A stretch of 64,000 nucleotides of DNA from Candidatus Lutacidiplasma silvani. Lineage in GTDB: Archaea > Thermoplasmatota > Thermoplasmata > Lutacidiplasmatales > UBA184. The DNA lies in NCBI GenBank assembly GCA_022750295.1, contig JAKIVZ010000001.1, forward strand, positions 133,651 to 197,650. Direction: 5' to 3'. The position numbers and the translations under genes are program-made. The notes beneath the pieces were generated by a model. That model was given only the letters and a program-made list of their open reading frames with translations, made no database searches and had not been told where the DNA came from. Numbering within the stretch: the stretch's first letter is position 1; each line of letters begins with the position of its first letter. Shown here piece by piece: positions 55,143 through 64,000 of the stretch.

Positions 55143-55832
55143 ATGGGACACTCCGCGCCTCGGCCGGTCGGCCCGCCGCCCACGAAGTTCTCGTCGCGGG
55201 ACGCCCGGTACGTCCGCTCCGAATTCGTCACCCTCGCCGACCTCGCTTCGACGGCCAAGGTCGCCCTCGCCGACTTGCGCCGCGCCCAGGCGCGAGGGGA
55301 GTTCCCGCAGCCGACCTACGTGACGTCGGACCGGGAGGGGTGGTACCCGCCGATGCTGGCCGTCCCCCTCCGGACCGCGAGGCGGCGGCGGACCGACCTG
55401 CGCTCGCTGTTCCAGGCCGAGTTCGAGGGGGCCCTGCGCGACCTCCGGCTCCGGAACCCGCGGCTGTTCGCCGTGGTCGCCGACCAGGGCGGCGTGGGTC
55501 GAACCAGCGACGAGCGGATCGCGGGGGCGTACTGGGCGGGGTTGGCGAGCGGCGAGTTCGGCGCCTGCCTCCGGGTGCCGTGGGTTCCGGACATGATTCG
55601 GAAGGAGCGGTTGCTCGCCAGCATCACGGGGCTAACCGCCGAACCGAGGCCGGCCGAGGCCCGGTGGCGAGGGGCCCTGCGCCGGGCGGTCGACGAGCTG
55701 GACCGGATCGAGATGTCGTTCGCCGAATGGGACCGCGTCCGGTTCGGAACGCCGGTGAGCCGGGACACCCACGTCGACGGACCCCGGAAGCGGTTCCCCG
55801 CGGTGTTCCGCGAGACGACGAAGCGGGGCTGA
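55143..55832 (+). CDS. DUF6058-like protein
   Basis: FPQPTYV, SGEFGACLR, AVDELD.IE..F..WDR.RFG.P.SRD pattern recalled for DUF6058. Confidence 0.65.
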   Translation: MGHSAPRPVGPPPTKFSSRDARYVRSEFVTLADLASTAKVALADLRRAQARGEFPQPTYVTSDREGWYPPMLAVPLRTARRRRTDLRSLFQAEFEGALRDLRLRNPRLFAVVADQGGVGRTSDERIAGAYWAGLASGEFGACLRVPWVPDMIRKERLLASITGLTAEPRPAEARWRGALRRAVDELDRIEMSFAEWDRVRFGTPVSRDTHVDGPRKRFPAVFRETTKRG

Positions 55833-55892
55833 GTCCGCGCTCTCCCCAACGTCGGGGGAGCGGTCCGGCCCCGCAGGGGGCCGGCCTCCGGC

Positions 55893-57434
55893 TCAGACGA
55901 TCGGGGTCAGCTTCGCGTGGGGCGCGCCCTTCTCCGGGTCCGGAGCGATCGCGTAGATGGTGGTGCGCGGCCGGATCCCGTAGATGCACGGCGCATTGTC
56001 GATGTTGATGATCCGGAAGTACGTGTCCATCATGTTCAGGATCTCGCTCGACACGAGCAGCCCCGGCTTCAGCAGGCCGATCCCGAGGTTTCCGACGAGC
56101 TTCGTGCGCCGGACGCCGTGGAAGTACATCCGGATCGCCACCTGGTCGCCCATCAGGCTCTCCAGCGTGTCGAAGGCGGTGTACTCGAGGAACGGCTTCT
56201 GCTCGGGGCCCCGGGCCGCCTTCTCGGCGGTGACCATCGCCCGCATCGCCTCGTCGCGGCCGTACCGGGCCATCGGGACGATGTAGCTCTCCTCGGTCTC
56301 GTTCGCCGTGTAGTCGGCGATCCGCACCCGGGTGTCGAAGATGTTCGGGGCGGTGTGGCGGACGAGCGTCTCCCGAAGCTTCTCGTGGGACTCGCCCGCC
56401 GCGAGGACCGCGATGATCCCGCGCGACTGGGTGAGGAAGTTCAGGAACGTCGGCGTGAACAGCATGTAGTAGTCGTCGATGCCGACGTTCACGTCGACCT
56501 CGAAGGCGTTGAAGCTGCCGCGCTTGAACCCGCCGCCGAGGAGCGTGTCGAAGTCCGGGATCCCCGTCGAGTAGTGCTTGTCCGGGTCGGCGACCGGGTG
56601 CCAGACGGGCGACGTCTGGGCGGCCGCGGATGGGACCGAGAACCCGAGCGCCTCGAACCGGCCGTTCGACAGCGTCACCGCGTAGCGGGGCCGCTGGATG
56701 TTCGTGGCGCGGAGCTTCTCGAGCCGCATGTGCCGTACGCGGCGCTCGTCGAGCTCCTCGCGCTGAATCGAGATCAGGCCGTCGACGAGGTACTCGATCC
56801 CGCCCGCCTCGGGCTTCTCGAGGATCATGACGACGTTCGTGTTGGAGCTCTCGACGAGGTCCTTCTGGAGCGCCATCACGAACTCTTCCATTTCGAGTCC
56901 GTACTTGTGGGTCACACCTTCGAGGGAATCGATGACGAGGAGCGACTTCTCCGGGAGCGCCTTCTCGACCCGGTTGTAGACGTTCTCGACCTCGGGCATC
57001 GGGTTCCGCTTCATCAGGGCGGTGAGGTGGGTTCGGTCGACGCGGGTCGGGGCGCCCCGCTCCTCGTCGAACGTCCGCATCATCTCGCGCGCGGCGCGGA
57101 TCTTCTTCTGCTCCGACTCCGGGAGCTCGGCCGAGGCGCCCTTCGGCTGGGCGCTGATCGCGTCGAGGAACAGCTTCCCCGCGTCGAGGATGCGGGCCCG
57201 CATCTCGGTCGCCTTCAGCCAGGGGAACTGGCGGTAGAGCGCCTCGTCGCCGACCCGCGTGGAGAGGTAGTACGACTGCTGGGGCTTGCCGACCCGCTCG
57301 AGCAGCTCGAGTCCGAACGTCGTCTTTCCGGTTCCGGCCCCGCCCTTCACGATGAGCGACCGTCCGCCGCGCCCCGAGAGGAAGGCGAGGACCTCGGGCG
57401 GGACTCCGCCCGTCCGTTTCGCCTCGTCGGCCAT
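55893..57434 (-). CDS. GvpD-like / KaiC-RAD55 family ATPase
   Basis: N-terminal RecA domain with GGAGTGKT, VIDS, EYLVDG and LEKLRA. The second domain begins STGIPDFDTLLGGG but lacks a Walker A motif. Confidence 0.8.
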   Translation of the reverse strand: MADEAKRTGGVPPEVLAFLSGRGGRSLIVKGGAGTGKTTFGLELLERVGKPQQSYYLSTRVGDEALYRQFPWLKATEMRARILDAGKLFLDAISAQPKGASAELPESEQKKIRAAREMMRTFDEERGAPTRVDRTHLTALMKRNPMPEVENVYNRVEKALPEKSLLVIDSLEGVTHKYGLEMEEFVMALQKDLVESSNTNVVMILEKPEAGGIEYLVDGLISIQREELDERRVRHMRLEKLRATNIQRPRYAVTLSNGRFEALGFSVPSAAAQTSPVWHPVADPDKHYSTGIPDFDTLLGGGFKRGSFNAFEVDVNVGIDDYYMLFTPTFLNFLTQSRGIIAVLAAGESHEKLRETLVRHTAPNIFDTRVRIADYTANETEESYIVPMARYGRDEAMRAMVTAEKAARGPEQKPFLEYTAFDTLESLMGDQVAIRMYFHGVRRTKLVGNLGIGLLKPGLLVSSEILNMMDTYFRIINIDNAPCIYGIRPRTTIYAIAPDPEKGAPHAKLTPIV

Positions 57435-57556
57435 TAGCGCGCCCCGGGCATCGCGGCGAGTGACGGCTTACGCTCGCTCATTCGTTCCGACCGAAACGAA
57501 ATGGTGGGGTCAAGAAGGTAAAGGTTTCGTTGTCGCCGACGCGGTGCATCGGAGCC

Positions 57557-60166
57557 TCACTCGGGCGGGGGCGGCGGCGGAGGAGGGGGTGGAGGAGGGG
57601 GTGGAGGAGGGGGGGACGGAAGGGCGGCCGCCCTCGCGGCCTCCACGGCGGCGCGGAGCGGCTCGCCGGGTTCGCCGACCGCCGTCGCCGACGACGGATT
57701 GCCGCCGCCCTTCCCCTGGAACGACGCGCGGGCCGCCTCGAGAAGCGCGATGGCGGATACGTCCGGAGTCGACGACCCGACGAAGAGCGCCCCCTGCCCG
57801 TCGGTCTCGGTTCCGAGGATGGCGACGTGATCCGGCAACTTCGTCAGGAGGCGGGAGAGCTCCATGAGCTCCTGGCGCGGGACGTCGACGACCGCCGCGA
57901 CCACCTTCCGACTCCCGATGACGGTCGCCGTCGCCTCGTCGGTGAGGAGTTTCTCCGCCCGGAGCGCCATCGACTCCTTCTCCTGCTCCTGGCTGCGGCG
58001 GCGCCACCCCTCCACCTCGAGCTGGAGACGCTCGATCCCCTGCGCGACCTGGTCGGGGGCGACGTTGAGCGCCTTCGCCGCCTTGGTGAGCGCGTCGGCC
58101 CGGTGCTCGGCGATGTCGAGCGCCCGCTCGCCGGCGGCGTAGGTGAGGCGGACCACGCCGTCCTGGATCCGCTCGGTGGCGAGGATCGTCAGGTACCCGA
58201 CCTCGCTCGTGTGCGTGCAGTGGGTCCCGCCGCACGCCTCGACGTCGAAATCGGGGATCTCGATGACGCGGAGCTCCCGTCCCGGGACCGCGCCGCCCTG
58301 GTAGAGGGTGAACCCGAACCGCTTCTCCGCCTCGGTGCGGAGCTCGAAATAGCTCTTCACCGGCCGGTCCTCGCGGACGAGCTGGTTCGCGAGCCGCTCG
58401 ACCTCCCGGACCTCCTCGGGGGTGAGCGACCGGAAGTGGGTGATGTCGATGCGAGCCGACTCGGTCCCCTTGTACGCCCCCGCCTGCCAGACGTGCGGTC
58501 CGAGGACGTGGCGGAGCGCCCCGTTCAGCAGATGGGTCGCCGTGTGGTGCTGCATCAGCTGGACCCGGCGGTGGCGATTAATCTCGCCGTGGACCCGGTC
58601 GCCGACCGAGAGGGTCGTCGGTCCGTCGAGCCGGTGGATCACCCACGGTCCCCGTCGGATCACCTCAACGACGGCGGCGTCCCCCAGGTGGCCCGTGTCG
58701 GTGATCTGCCCGCCGCCGGTCGGGTAGAAGTACGTCCGGTCGAGGACGACGGTGGTCCCCGACGCAAAGACCACGTGGCCCTCGAACGAAAGGGTGTACG
58801 GGTCGAGGTAGTACCGGACGTCCGTCGGCGGCGTTTCCGGCGGGATCTCCGGTCCCGTCGAGGGCGCTTCGGCGTAGTCGGTCCGGGCGACCCCGGCCTC
58901 GTGCCGCTTCGCGACCCGGGCGTAGAAGTCGTCGGGGACCGCGGGGGGGGCCTTCAGGGACTCGACGGCGAGCTCGGGGGGGAGTCCGAGGGAGTCGTAC
59001 CACGCGACGAGGTCGTCGGCCGTGATCTTCTCCCCGGAAGCGACCGTCCGCTCCTCCTGGCGACGGACCTGCTCGCGGGCGCGGCCGATCGATTCGCGGT
59101 ACCGCTCGACCTCCGCCTCGACGACGAGATGGACGTCGGCCCGATTCTGACCGATCTCGGGGAAGTCCACCGCGAGTTCGCGACCGGCCCGGTCCAGGAC
59201 GGCGGTGATCGCGGGGGCCTCGGGGACCTTGTCGAGGATCCGGAGCATTCTCCGAATCAGGAGCCGTCCGAAGTACCCCTCCTTCGAGTTCGAGGGGACC
59301 ACCCCGTCGGTGAGGAGGAAGTTCAGCGCGCGGGCGTGGTCGAGGAGGATCGCGGTCTCCTCCGGGGGGAACGTCTGGCGGAGTTCCTGGTACGGCTCCC
59401 CGAACACCGACTCGTACGCGTTCTTGGTCCCCTGGGACATCCAGACGAACCGCTCGAGCCCGTAGCCGGTGTCGACGACGGTGAGGGGCATCGGCTTGAC
59501 CGTCTCGCCGTCCCGGATATACTCCATGAACACGAGCGTGGCGAGCTCCATCCCGAGGAGGCCGACCGACAGCGAGGGTCCGAGGTTCCCGCCGCCCTCC
59601 CACTCCTCTTCCTTGTACGTGATGCCCCGGGCGTCGGCCCCGAGCTCGACGGAGAGGAGTTCGTGGCACAGTTCCACGGTTCGGTCCTTGAAGTAGACCT
59701 CGTGGTCGGGCCGGTTGAACGCGTGGTGGGCCATCATCTCGAACTCGGTGAAATGGCGGCCCGACCGGCCGACCTCGTCGAGGTCGATGAATCGGATCGA
59801 CGGCTGGGAGATCGTGAGGGGGTTCGCCGGCGGAGGGAGCGTCCCGCTCGTCACCCACGGCTGGAAGTCGTAGATGCTCGCCTGCGTGAAGAACACGTCG
59901 TTCCGCCACCGGGCGACCGTGGGGTACCGACGGACCCGCGTGTGGCCGCGGCGCTCGAAGAACCCGAGGTACGTCTCCCGCATCTCGCGGAGCGATTGGG
60001 GCTTGGAGAACCCGGGGGTCCCGAGGAACGCGTACGGCGAGCACGGGGCCTCCTGGCACCGGGTCGCGTCGCCGAGGGTCCAGAACGCCGAGCCGCACGC
60101 CTCGCAGGCCCGCCGGTGGAACCCTTCCCGATGGAAGAACGCGAGGTCGTACTCGGCCGGGTCCAT
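57557..60166 (-). CDS. alaS: Alanyl-tRNA synthetase
   Basis: Archaeal N-terminal Zn motif, QASIYDFQP, VDTGYGLER, editing motifs QHHTATH and CGGTH, and C-Ala KGGG. Confidence 0.97.
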   Translation of the reverse strand: MDPAEYDLAFFHREGFHRRACEACGSAFWTLGDATRCQEAPCSPYAFLGTPGFSKPQSLREMRETYLGFFERRGHTRVRRYPTVARWRNDVFFTQASIYDFQPWVTSGTLPPPANPLTISQPSIRFIDLDEVGRSGRHFTEFEMMAHHAFNRPDHEVYFKDRTVELCHELLSVELGADARGITYKEEEWEGGGNLGPSLSVGLLGMELATLVFMEYIRDGETVKPMPLTVVDTGYGLERFVWMSQGTKNAYESVFGEPYQELRQTFPPEETAILLDHARALNFLLTDGVVPSNSKEGYFGRLLIRRMLRILDKVPEAPAITAVLDRAGRELAVDFPEIGQNRADVHLVVEAEVERYRESIGRAREQVRRQEERTVASGEKITADDLVAWYDSLGLPPELAVESLKAPPAVPDDFYARVAKRHEAGVARTDYAEAPSTGPEIPPETPPTDVRYYLDPYTLSFEGHVVFASGTTVVLDRTYFYPTGGGQITDTGHLGDAAVVEVIRRGPWVIHRLDGPTTLSVGDRVHGEINRHRRVQLMQHHTATHLLNGALRHVLGPHVWQAGAYKGTESARIDITHFRSLTPEEVREVERLANQLVREDRPVKSYFELRTEAEKRFGFTLYQGGAVPGRELRVIEIPDFDVEACGGTHCTHTSEVGYLTILATERIQDGVVRLTYAAGERALDIAEHRADALTKAAKALNVAPDQVAQGIERLQLEVEGWRRRSQEQEKESMALRAEKLLTDEATATVIGSRKVVAAVVDVPRQELMELSRLLTKLPDHVAILGTETDGQGALFVGSSTPDVSAIALLEAARASFQGKGGGNPSSATAVGEPGEPLRAAVEAARAAALPSPPPPPPPPPPPPPPPPPE
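57563..57613 (-). repeat. G-rich low-complexity repeat encoding 17 consecutive prolines
   Basis: Plus-strand (N)GG triplets, including three near-identical 12-bp units such as TGGAGGAGGGGG. Confidence 0.8.
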
Positions 60167-60285
60167 CCGAGGGAACCGAGCCGTCTCGGGGGAAAACCCT
60201 TCGCTCCCGACCGCAACGACGGTCGTCGCCCCCGACGGGAACGGAGTGAAGTAGGGCGGGAGGGTCCGGCGTCGGGACCCGCCAC

Positions 60286-60603
60286 ATGAAGATCCGGTTT
60301 CAAGGGACGCCCGATTCCGACGAGGTCGCCAACGCGTTCATCCTCGCCTTCCTGGCGGGCCGCAAGGGCGCGCCCGTGACCGCCTCGCAGGTCTGGAAGA
60401 GCCTCCACAGTCGGGGGTTCGTTCCGGTCGACGACCGTCCGGCGGCCGATACCCAGCCCGACGAGGGGGCCGCGACCGCCGAGATCAGCACCCGTTTGCA
60501 AGCCTGGCTGAAGGACGGGGAGATTGGCGGCGATGGCGAGCCGGAGACTCTCACGAAGGACCGCCACTTCTGGGTCCTCGGGAACGCGCTCGGGAAGCTC
60601 TGA
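60286..60603 (+). CDS. Hypothetical protein (possibly wHTH-like)
   Basis: ATG-started 105-aa ORF with normal composition, divergent from alaS. Confidence 0.5.
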   Translation: MKIRFQGTPDSDEVANAFILAFLAGRKGAPVTASQVWKSLHSRGFVPVDDRPAADTQPDEGAATAEISTRLQAWLKDGEIGGDGEPETLTKDRHFWVLGNALGKL

Positions 60604-60712
60604 CCCGAACCGGACCCCACCCGAGTCCGAACCAGGATTCCGTGCTCGGTCGGGCGAGTTCGTCCCCCCGAGCGCCACGGACGCGGCCGGGCGGTTCGAG
60701 CGGTGGGGGGCC

Positions 60713-61900
60713 ATGCGGCTGACCGGGATGCCGCTGACCCTGCTGGCGTACCCGGCCGAGACCATCCCCAATCGCCACTTTGCCGGGAACGAGCTCGGGG
60801 CGCTCGACCGGATTTACCTCCCGGAGGCGCTCGCCCCCCTCCTCCCGGACCCACCCATCGAGGCCCGGGAGTTCATCGAGGACGACAACCGTTCGGCGAT
60901 CGTCCCGGAGTCGACCGCGACGCTCGACGGGCAACCGCTCTTCCTCTCGGTCAAGGGCGTTGGCTCGGGCGTCGACCCCTACTCCTGGCGCGCGCTCGAC
61001 CGGGCGTACGCCGCCGAGCTTTCGGACGATCCGGAGGTCCGCGCGCGGCTCCAGCGGACGCCGCCGGACCCCCGGGACCGATTCCTCACCGGAGAGTTGT
61101 GGCTCCGCGGGGCGCCGTACGGGGGGCAGGGGCTGGAACACGCCACGACGGCCCTCCGGGTCTCCGAGCAAGCGCGGGGGACCGACCTCGCGGGGTTCCG
61201 GATCGCCCCGGTCGTGAAAATCGCCCTTCTCCCCAAGGCGCTCGAGGAGCAACTGCGGTCGATCCACTGGTACCGCAAGTTTCCGGGCCGGATGGCCCAG
61301 GAGCTCCGCCTGGTCCCGTCCAACGTCCGGATCTTCTTCCATGGCAAGAACACGCTCGGCTCGAACGTCCGTCACATCTTCGACCAGTTCCAGGTCGATA
61401 CGAACGAGCGGGCGCTCACGTTCGAGGCGAATTTCGTCCGCAGCGCGGTGGCGATGCTCACCCTGTTCGCCCGCACCCTGAAGTTCGACGCGGCCCGCGG
61501 GAAGTACGGCGGCCTCGACTACTACGACGTCTGGCTCGACAAGGACGCGGTCCTCGCCCCGGATGGGACGGCGTTCTTCGTCGACCTCGAGGGGATCGAG
61601 GAGGTGTTCGTGGAGCGCGCGGGGGTCCGAGAGAAGGTCGAGGACCAGGTCTACCGGACCCTGTACGAGATGATGTTCGCCTACGAGCAGATCGAGAGCG
61701 AGCGGACCCGCCGGTTCGGCCCCGCCGGAACGCGGAAGCGGCAGTTCGCGGCGGTGCTCCGGCGGGCGCTCGCCGAAGACCGGTTCGTTCGGCTGGTCGA
61801 CGAGAGGGGACACCTCGAACTTTCCATCCGGAACGCCCTCGGGGAGGAGTCTTTGTATAGCCGGTTCCGGCTGGTGGACGCGTCCCATGGCGAACTGTAA
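60713..61900 (+). CDS. Hypothetical protein with SelO/YdiU-like pseudokinase motifs
   Basis: DNRS, SVKGVG, ALRVSE, RLVPSNVRIFFH and VDLEG occur in SelO-like order. Confidence 0.55.
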   Translation: MRLTGMPLTLLAYPAETIPNRHFAGNELGALDRIYLPEALAPLLPDPPIEAREFIEDDNRSAIVPESTATLDGQPLFLSVKGVGSGVDPYSWRALDRAYAAELSDDPEVRARLQRTPPDPRDRFLTGELWLRGAPYGGQGLEHATTALRVSEQARGTDLAGFRIAPVVKIALLPKALEEQLRSIHWYRKFPGRMAQELRLVPSNVRIFFHGKNTLGSNVRHIFDQFQVDTNERALTFEANFVRSAVAMLTLFARTLKFDAARGKYGGLDYYDVWLDKDAVLAPDGTAFFVDLEGIEEVFVERAGVREKVEDQVYRTLYEMMFAYEQIESERTRRFGPAGTRKRQFAAVLRRALAEDRFVRLVDERGHLELSIRNALGEESLYSRFRLVDASHGEL

Positions 61901-63431
61901 CGACGTTTACGCGTTCCTGATCGGAATCACGAACAAGAACGTCACGAAGCCGCTCCCCGCCCCCGACGTCGACCTCCTCACGCGGCTCGGCCTCGTCCAG
62001 ACGTTCACCGCCCAGCAGTACGCCGACCTCCAGAGGCAGGTCGCCTCGCTCCAGCAACCGCAAGCGGCGATCCAGGCCGAGAGCGCCGAGCGGTGGAAGA
62101 TCGCCGACCGGTTGGACGTGGAGGACCGGGAGAACTCGTCGGTCCTGTTCCTGTTCGAGGGGAAGAACAAGAAGGCCGCGGCGCTCGAGAAGGCCGCCCA
62201 GGACCGGGCCGCCCTCGCCGCGGCCGACGCCGACATCTCCGCGAAGCAGCAGCAGCTCAACGACCTGATCGCGAAGAAGTCGGCCCTCGACACGATGGCG
62301 CCGTACGCGGGCGGGTACGTCTTCCTCTCCGCGCTCGGCAGGACCCAGCTCCGCGAGCTCGGGGTCCGGCTCTACCGGGTCTCCGACCTCGATTTCGCCG
62401 CCTACTGGACCCAGTCTCAGCAGCTCGACAAGGACCTCGTGACGCTGGCCGACCGCAGCGCGGGGTTCTTCGCCGGGATCGCCGCCCCGCTCCAGTCGGT
62501 CGACCGTTCGCAGCTCTGGTCGATCGCGATCGGGCTCGGCAGCGAGCCGGCCGAACCGACCGTGGCCGTCCCCAAGTTCCTCGAGGCGTACACCCGGCTC
62601 GGCAAACTCTCGTCGAACGAGGAGAATCGACTTCTTGCGGCGGAGATCCTCACCTCGGTGAACCACCCGGTCCCGGAGAGCCTCTCCCTCATCGAGTCCC
62701 TCGACAAGGACGTCCGCAAGGCCGGGGTCCCGAGGGAGTCGTCCCTCGGAGTCTCGGCCACGCTCCTCTACGGCCAGCGGGAGGATGCGACGTTCGCGAC
62801 CGAGAGCTTCGCGAACTTCCTGCGGCTCACGAAGACGTTCGAGGCGGCGGCGGTGATGGGGATCGTCAACCAGCCGTTCGAGCCGCTCTCCCAGAAGTTC
62901 CTCGCCCTCCGGCAGACGTTCGGGTCGTGGGGATTTTCCGACTCCGACGACGTCGAGCTCGCCTCGGCGTACCTCGCGGTCTCGGAGTTGCCGATTCAGG
63001 GGATCAACACCAAGCTCGCGATCATCTCGAAGGGAATGGCGACGTACCTCCAGTTCCCCCTGGTCGCCTCGGCGGTCCTCGCGTCGATCCCCGTCCTGGA
63101 AGCCAACGAGACCCTCCACCTGCTCGAGCAGGCGTACGACGTCATCGGGCGGCGGGCGATGCCGCTCGGGCAGCCCGAGCTGATCACGCTCGCGGTCCGG
63201 ATGATCCACGGGATCCGGAACGAGACGCTCGCGAAGCTCGACACGACGGCGGCGGCCCGGCCGGTGATGCCGACGCAGTACCGCGGCGGGTTCGGCTTCT
63301 ACGGGGTCCCGATGTTCGTCTTCTACGGGGCGTATTTCTCGACCTTTAGCGGGTTCGGTGGCTACCACCCCGGTCACGCCCACGTGGGGCCGGGCGGATT
63401 CGCGGGCGGAGCGGGAGGGATGTCCGGATGA
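61887..63431 (+). CDS. Hypothetical helical protein with coiled coil and Gly/aromatic-rich tail
   Basis: Clean 514-aa ORF overlapping both neighbours. The helical repeats weakly resemble DUF4003. Confidence 0.6.
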   Translation: MANCNDVYAFLIGITNKNVTKPLPAPDVDLLTRLGLVQTFTAQQYADLQRQVASLQQPQAAIQAESAERWKIADRLDVEDRENSSVLFLFEGKNKKAAALEKAAQDRAALAAADADISAKQQQLNDLIAKKSALDTMAPYAGGYVFLSALGRTQLRELGVRLYRVSDLDFAAYWTQSQQLDKDLVTLADRSAGFFAGIAAPLQSVDRSQLWSIAIGLGSEPAEPTVAVPKFLEAYTRLGKLSSNEENRLLAAEILTSVNHPVPESLSLIESLDKDVRKAGVPRESSLGVSATLLYGQREDATFATESFANFLRLTKTFEAAAVMGIVNQPFEPLSQKFLALRQTFGSWGFSDSDDVELASAYLAVSELPIQGINTKLAIISKGMATYLQFPLVASAVLASIPVLEANETLHLLEQAYDVIGRRAMPLGQPELITLAVRMIHGIRNETLAKLDTTAAARPVMPTQYRGGFGFYGVPMFVFYGAYFSTFSGFGGYHPGHAHVGPGGFAGGAGGMSG

Positions 63432-64000
63432 TGCGGCAGGCGGTGCTGCTGGGCCTCGCCATCGTCGTCCTCGCGCTCTCGACCGCGGGGGCGGGAGCGA
63501 CGGGCACGACCTACGTCCCGAAGACCGGGGACTCGTTCCGATACTCCGAGAACGTCGAGCTGACGAACGGGACGGGCAACTACACCGGGTACTCGGAAAG
63601 CACGTTCTACAACGGTACGATCGCCGTCCACTCGGTGCTGCCGAACGGCACGGACAACGCGACGTACTCGACCAACTTCTCGTACCGCAACAGTGGGGAC
63701 ATGAGCACGTCCGGGAGCGCCGGCGCCGGGTGGTTCTGGTTCTCCCCCACGACGTACGACTACGTCTACGGGACCGACAACCAGACCGGCCTGAACGGGA
63801 GCGGGGTCTGGTTCCTCGAGAACACCGCGCTCCCCCGGGGCTCGACGTTCTCCTCCGAAGACAATGCGCTCAGCGTCGTCTCCACGAACACGAGCTACCC
63901 GCTCTGGACCCAGGGCGGCAAGTGGGTCAAGACGATCCTCGCCGAGGGGAACGGGTCGTTCCAGCGGAACGACGACTACGGGGTCTTCACGGCCACCTAC
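63428..64000 (+). CDS. Secreted glycoprotein, truncated by the window end
   Basis: ATGA overlap with the previous stop. Signal peptide MMRQAVLLGLAIVVLALSTAGA, a Thr/Asn/Tyr-rich body with NxS/T sequons, and no stop before 64000. Confidence 0.7.
   Translation, partial: MMRQAVLLGLAIVVLALSTAGAGATGTTYVPKTGDSFRYSENVELTNGTGNYTGYSESTFYNGTIAVHSVLPNGTDNATYSTNFSYRNSGDMSTSGSAGAGWFWFSPTTYDYVYGTDNQTGLNGSGVWFLENTALPRGSTFSSEDNALSVVSTNTSYPLWTQGGKWVKTILAEGNGSFQRNDDYGVFTATY

Noticed and set aside
1-64000. Stop-codon recoding (Pyl/Sec), inteins or programmed frameshifts
   Set aside because: TAG and TGA fall at the expected C-termini of conserved genes (aspS, rps9, pepA, mcm, sdhA), and these genes are of normal length and uninterrupted.

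Overview
GC-rich archaeal chromosomal segment. The gene content and order suggest Thermoplasmatota; a soil Thermoplasmata lineage such as Ca. Lutacidiplasmatales is my inference. Most of the window is housekeeping: pyrK, pyrG, aspS, mcm, nmd3, sepF, pepA, rpl18e-rpl13-rps9-rpoN, cdc48, cgi121, mutS-mutL, aCPSF1-psmB, a CCG-type (type E) succinate dehydrogenase, guaA(B)-purE and alaS. Small accessory islets interrupt this backbone: two type II toxin-antitoxin pairs with palindromic operators, a tRNA-Ser-adjacent AAA ATPase and an ArsR/DUF6058 pair. I found no CRISPR array, rRNA, integrase or transposase. Most notable observations: (1) a tRNA-Gly(TCC) with a 31-nt intron in the T-loop (position 59/60) in relaxed BHB register; (2) a DUF2161-like PD-(D/E)xK nuclease directly behind mutS-mutL; (3) a divergent SelO/YdiU-like pseudokinase coupled to an unknown helical protein; (4) a V4R + Roadblock two-gene module and an orphan GvpD/KaiC-like ATPase; (5) a long imperfect palindrome between the two tRNAs; (6) low-complexity extensions on uL13 (Ala/Lys/Pro-rich) and AlaRS (17 Pro). 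All family calls come from reading motifs by eye, not from database searches.
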